DNA from: a virus
Taxonomy: Duplodnaviria; Caudoviricetes
Virus record (IMG/VR): IMGVR_UViG_3300031991_000104
Coordinates: 1-27,157 of that record
Length of the DNA stretch: 27,157 nucleotides
Reading direction: 5' to 3' (one strand)
The notes below the pieces were generated by a model that ran no database searches, had not been told where the DNA came from, and saw nothing but the letters and a program-made list of their open reading frames with translations. A program made the translations under genes and the position numbers. Positions 24,701 through 27,157 of the stretch are shown here, piece by piece. The first letter of the stretch is position 1. Every line of letters starts with the position of its first letter.

Positions 24701-25920
24701 AAAGCGCCTGGCGCAACAATGTGGTGGTGAAGCCCATTGAGAAGCTGCTGCGGTCCATCGAGTTTGCCGGGCAGATTTTCGAGGGTGCCCCGAAGATTAG
24801 CGCTTACAAGGTGCTCACGCGCGATCTTGGCTACTCGGTGAGCGATGCGGCGGCGTATGTGCGGAACTATATCGGGGTGCCGAATTATCTGCGGAAGGGC
24901 CGCCACGCCGTCGCGGCGGGCTCGTTGCTGCCATTCTGGAACGTGGCCACGCAAGGCCTGGCGTCCGATGGGGCGCTGATGACCGGGCGCGGCGGCCGGG
25001 AAGGGAAGAGCGCGGCGAGCTGGTGGTTTCGCTGGGCAATGGCTGGCGGGATCTACGCCATCGTGCAGGCCCTCGCGCGATCCGGACTGCTGGGCGACGA
25101 CGCGGAAGAGCTATTCGGCGGGGTGAGCGATTACGACTCGACGAATTTCACGATCATCCCGCTGGGCACGCAAAGCGGGGGCGATTTCGGCAAGAAGGTG
25201 GTTTACCTCAGAGTTCCCCAGGACGAGATGCACCGCCTGACAAGTGGCTTGCTGAAAAAGTTTATCGAATTGACGGTGAAGCACGCCAAGGACGAGGCGG
25301 TGCGGCCCATAATGAACGACCTAATGGAGCTGGCGGGATTTTCTGGAGGACAATTGCCGGGCGTAAATCCGTCAGTTGGCATCACTTGGAAGTGGATGGA
25401 ATACGCCAACGGGCTCAACCCGTATGACACCTTCCGAGGCCGCCACGTCCTCAGCAACAACGAATGGCTGGCCGGAGGCTGGGCGAGCTTGAAACCCATG
25501 CTGGGCATGACCTTTACCGAATCGGGGCTGGGGAATTTCTATCGTTTCAATCCGGAGACGGACACGACGCTGGAGATGGTGGTGGCAAACGCCCCCATCA
25601 TTCAACGGCTGGTGAAGGTGAGCGACCGAGGGTTTGCCGAGGATCAGCGGGAAACCATCGAACGCGGCCAGGCGGCCGATGCTCGACTCAAGACTCAGAT
25701 GCCCCGCAATGCGCAGCAATTGGCGCAGGAGCACAATTTCCTGCGAACCTTGAGCAAAGCCCGCACTCCGGAACAGGAGGCGCGGTACAAGCAGCTCCGG
25801 GAATGGAACCGCCGCATCTATCAGCCGACGATGGAAGCGGCCGAGGCCCAGCGGGACGCGAAGGTGGACTACCAGCCCACGCTGAACGGGCTGGAGGATG
25901 CGAGCGCGCCGTGGGAGTGA
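18748..25920 (+). CDS. Giant polyvalent internal virion protein (3D domain, TM hairpins, LPD3-like, JAB/RadC, HExxH metallopeptidase, LPD38-like)
   Basis: 2390 aa uninterrupted ORF. VAAVN....PLGT....F.ATDR....VVDVYV (3D), LLHNHPSGDPTPSEAD (JAB/RadC), VFAHEIGHLVD...ELYAD (zincin), PFWNVATQG and YLRVPQ (LPD38-like). Confidence 0.85.
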   Translation: MTAEEFLNAPDEAPVVTSKPISPTGGSGVPPLPPTTSPGVEGAKPSPTPVTFYSLGADVGGPDETQDKWTNKGFSSKGPNLTPGVAAVNEKKYPLGTVLKDTDSGMVFLATDRHGNEDPNVVDVYVAPENYKRAKVTRNFSVVGKVDNIPTTAEGVRSALAAFGTVPEGPSAAESLGKKTAKPDNADTTDKTGKADFIDVPGLPGGEEEDAENEGRGAAGTGAKAEDFLNESWWVQDDKLMLDPKNFRDGLKQAKAAGVIDDEAFAKLSEDADKVEAAAKAREELVAEAGDNAAAKAALHGIGKGSAMTLGALGAGAAGALVAPAAGPAAPLVPIVTGTVGLFAAGAAYDAVYKKLADWDDSYKEVLAAKELEPGWNAAGEMAFLALQLPASAVNMARAVGPVARANGTGAAVKFGAQAVGVGAGTAAVTDTGVRIMQRAAGYDEVPAPSAETALTAAGIGALTAGLFVGKTRYSLKDLFGIAKRQAEGKKLSAAETEAMNAAARAVEQLQGEGNTVKGVTVEQASMMGRPEVTTPTVTIGPGGKGGGGRVDLKRLGPGGAQEQFEGLVRAGGGDVDAPAGRAVVPVLGNGLPEGSFAPATSGGTVQSAEEFLAAPATEDPFAIEDDGVEEGEGYVAGGDEEALAAAAAARQAEADYLAEMQGDIDETMRAAREQSGSVEIADAVEQLGGLPGRGSAYEKPYAGELQMVRENVKADKRMKLFRKDAPDPDRLVTSLRDIGFEIEGPNQLWDILDTRFRGNVEHWSEPNRQDAYWQERHGMMMEDAKPRTVQDLPMVKVDARAVSGPEAETAYRALTPAQLPDRPVRVQFVRSIIGKLKGHHGAERIFQLVPHFQTLLEGSIPMDFEAERNPVKHDNVVGFQDYLAKADIGGTPVYVRFSVQLLKTGRKAPRGAMPKHELHSAFVSDVAMYDEAGRVLHSGISTPTTGARPSFDRKLAQWLGVVKEPQKPYTAAQTAERGDVAAKVLGTAPVTSVARELAVKPGMVDEFAAQEKLVALGWRREMLTKGKVDFVGRTIKNAYDLAQAAQVYRDPRFETVRWLFTRNGKVVDTVGITSRNPRFTMVLLPGHSVQDMVAMARKTGADGVWLLHNHPSGDPTPSEADRRMTEQIGRAALAADVFFQGHVVINGGRFAMITPDGFHELHALPGRDELLQPEIDSELLNLPVESTGQVAAVAEVWARLAADQRDGGGQVTLFILDTKRKVRAVTTVPLELFFDREKFSAYLHSRGSKYGVSFATAYYDHPALRDWVGDYMGEYIRGGLLDDGVLSPRETLRETGLATPDVPDSYFGEKFSKLVHAEEVREDSAGRLADIAVTEGPLRVLSADGKNVYATVKLTGLPDIKIIEMPEMLALTRQIMGSEPELRRMRSALGQFVGAGQGQMRLDPRIFADSTVAAKVFAHEIGHLVDYLPDHTLKRGNLIGRLYTLKRHLSGTAFGSITGIKNADIKAELEGLTRWWKPWDDTVAPKWYSDYRKSSVELYADAISVLFNSPAELKARAPKFYKEFFAWLDKKPEVKTAFFELQAFLHKPYMEVLRARSGRVREMFGKAEEIYLRHRERRRLQKQTVRGFVDTLKDELYDRFNPVVRRQEAVEKDGGKVAADLDMRKLFDEHPLADNLVYTWLSRVFERVVKPLEAQDITLDDMGEYLFFSRVMADRAGMANPQGHTAATARAALLRMRLDLGNKKFTLLERSAEQFHDHVFDTVKDAAAAGLISQETFKTVIEPNRKTYAAFRPIEHVEDYVPAGIFQQIGTLKEIENPWLTTILKTVAMRRAIQYNRAKVGTVEFLTEYFPDEIRAAETRFDGKRQVVLKPKDKERGLIEIRRDGQWAAYEVPGDVARMFDRLDPAQAGVVMKALNFVFKAGFYNLWVRWNPVFQLAYSPIRDAQRYYVNMPKAGAMKLAANYLKAIPAALDRITGKENPLITEMYETFALATPHDSYARNLTRTADGFDEILKQFHILPREEQSAWRNNVVVKPIEKLLRSIEFAGQIFEGAPKISAYKVLTRDLGYSVSDAAAYVRNYIGVPNYLRKGRHAVAAGSLLPFWNVATQGLASDGALMTGRGGREGKSAASWWFRWAMAGGIYAIVQALARSGLLGDDAEELFGGVSDYDSTNFTIIPLGTQSGGDFGKKVVYLRVPQDEMHRLTSGLLKKFIELTVKHAKDEAVRPIMNDLMELAGFSGGQLPGVNPSVGITWKWMEYANGLNPYDTFRGRHVLSNNEWLAGGWASLKPMLGMTFTESGLGNFYRFNPETDTTLEMVVANAPIIQRLVKVSDRGFAEDQRETIERGQAADARLKTQMPRNAQQLAQEHNFLRTLSKARTPEQEARYKQLREWNRRIYQPTMEAAEAQRDAKVDYQPTLNGLEDASAPWE

Positions 25921-25924
25921 GGAT

Positions 25925-27157
25925 TCACAGCGCCTCAATGGTGTGAAGTTTCAAGAGATCGTAATAGTGATCCATCGTCGTCTTGATGTCCTGATGTCGG
26001 AGGAGCTTTGACGCGGTTTCGATGCCGTGTTTCTGAGCGATGATAGAGCCCCATTGCTTCCGCAGCTCGTAAACGCCCTTGATGCGATCTGGGAGATGGC
26101 GGCGCACGAAGGCATTCACGCAGTTGTTTGCACCGCGATGGCGGTCCGTGGCAGTGCCATGCAGCACGAACCCGCCCGGCCCCTTCACTGGCTTGCCGCT
26201 GGGCGCAAATTGTTCGAGAAGGCTGGCGTACAAATCGCGCGCAACGGGGACCTCGCCGGAGGTGCCTTTCGGGCTCCAGTAATCGCGCTCGACAAGGGAG
26301 ATCATTAAGCGTCCGTCCCGCTCGACAAACCAATCCCAACGGAGGTTTTCGACTTCGACGTTGCGCAGGCCGCATCGGCGAATCAGCCAGTAGGTCGCCC
26401 ATGCGTTGCGCCATTGAGCGGGGTAAATGTAGTTCCCTCCCATGCGACGGCGTGGGCCGGTCTGCGGGCGCTCGTGCCACCGTGCCAGGCGGAGCATGCC
26501 AGCGGCTTTCTGGTCCATGGTGTCGAGCACGGCCTGCGGGATCTGGCGATAGGTCTTGTCCGATTTGTCCTTGAGGAAGGAGACGGACAGCCAGTCAGAA
26601 ATGGCGACGTCATCAAGGGCGAGTTCGCGATAAAATTCCCTGGCCATTCGGGCGAAAATGGAGCGGGCGGAGCGCATGATGGCATTCACCGTGGAGGGTG
26701 TGCGAACGGGCTTGCCGGGATGATCAGCGGGCCATTTTGTGCCGTCCCGGAAGGCTTGCATGACTTCGGCGGAAAGGTTGTTGACCCGCAGCGCCCGTGC
26801 GCGCTGGGAGTCGTCCAAGATGCCGGACCCCTCGGCGACGACGATGAGGAAATTCCGGGCGACAATGGCGGACGTAGCGATGCGCGAGGATGCCAAGTAG
26901 GTATCCACCAGCTTGCCGCAGGTGGGGCTGTCGTCGCGCAGCTTGGGCACGGTGTGAAACAAGCCTTCCAGGGCTTTGTCGCGCATGCCGTTGGCGATCC
27001 GTTGGGCGGTGCGGGAATCGGGTGAGCCGGTCGAGCGGTTCACCTGTTTCGTGCGGATGATCGTGGGATTGCGAGCGTCCTTTTCCTTCACGCGAAAGTT
27101 CGCGTAGAAAACGCTCTTGCCAGCGGGGATGTAGATATTTACGTTGCGCGCACTCAT
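25925..27157 (-). CDS. int: Tyrosine recombinase / phage integrase
   Basis: CGLRNVEVENLRW (catalytic R), SPKG (K), YELRK (H-x-x-R box with H replaced by Y), LLRHQDIKTTMDHY (H and catalytic Y). N-terminal arm-binding-like 'FYANFRV...RSTG.....A' segment. Confidence 0.9.
   Translation of the reverse strand: MSARNVNIYIPAGKSVFYANFRVKEKDARNPTIIRTKQVNRSTGSPDSRTAQRIANGMRDKALEGLFHTVPKLRDDSPTCGKLVDTYLASSRIATSAIVARNFLIVVAEGSGILDDSQRARALRVNNLSAEVMQAFRDGTKWPADHPGKPVRTPSTVNAIMRSARSIFARMAREFYRELALDDVAISDWLSVSFLKDKSDKTYRQIPQAVLDTMDQKAAGMLRLARWHERPQTGPRRRMGGNYIYPAQWRNAWATYWLIRRCGLRNVEVENLRWDWFVERDGRLMISLVERDYWSPKGTSGEVPVARDLYASLLEQFAPSGKPVKGPGGFVLHGTATDRHRGANNCVNAFVRRHLPDRIKGVYELRKQWGSIIAQKHGIETASKLLRHQDIKTTMDHYYDLLKLHTIEAL

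Larger units (their letters stand above)
1..27157. mobile_element. Temperate podovirus-like prophage/phage genome segment (morphogenesis, lysis, ejection proteins, integrase)
   Basis: Co-oriented portal, scaffold, capsid, adaptor, lysin, nozzle and internal protein genes with overlapping stop/start codons. No tape-measure, sheath or baseplate genes recognised. Tyrosine integrase at the right end. Terminase and att sites are not visible in the window. Confidence 0.93.

Noticed and set aside
1-27157. Genome-wide TAG recoding (alternative genetic code)
   Set aside because: Only one internal TAG is seen in about 26 kb of coding sequence, four genes end plausibly at TAG, and no suppressor tRNA is visible.

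Overview
The window is the late (virion and lysis) arm of a GC-rich temperate, podovirus-like (short-tailed) prophage. About 24 tightly coupled + strand genes, mostly with ATGA/TGATG overlaps, run in this order: small wHTH regulator, portal, scaffold, DUF5309/SU10-type major capsid, decoration protein, head-tail adaptor, lysis cassette with GH24-like lysozyme, tail tube B/nozzle, fibre, internal (ejected) virion proteins, and a 2390-aa polyvalent protein. A convergent tyrosine integrase closes the window. The outstanding feature is an intact-looking YcaO + TfuA pair, the enzyme pair known to install backbone thioamides. It is translationally coupled inside the ejection-protein module with no RiPP precursor, transporter or other tailoring gene in the window, which suggests the phage thioamidates a virion or ejected protein (inference). 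The best candidate substrate is the Met-rich upstream protein ending in an Ala/Gly-rich stretch plus a CWVAREVYG domain. Other notable points: a single in-frame amber codon in the portal gene, a multi-effector polyvalent protein (3D, LPD3-like, JAB/RadC, HExxH, LPD38-like), a duplicated decoration-type fold, a REP-like palindrome inside a CDS, phased repeats upstream of the capsid genes, and blocks of strong G-over-C skew. All product calls come from motif recognition and synteny; no database search was run.
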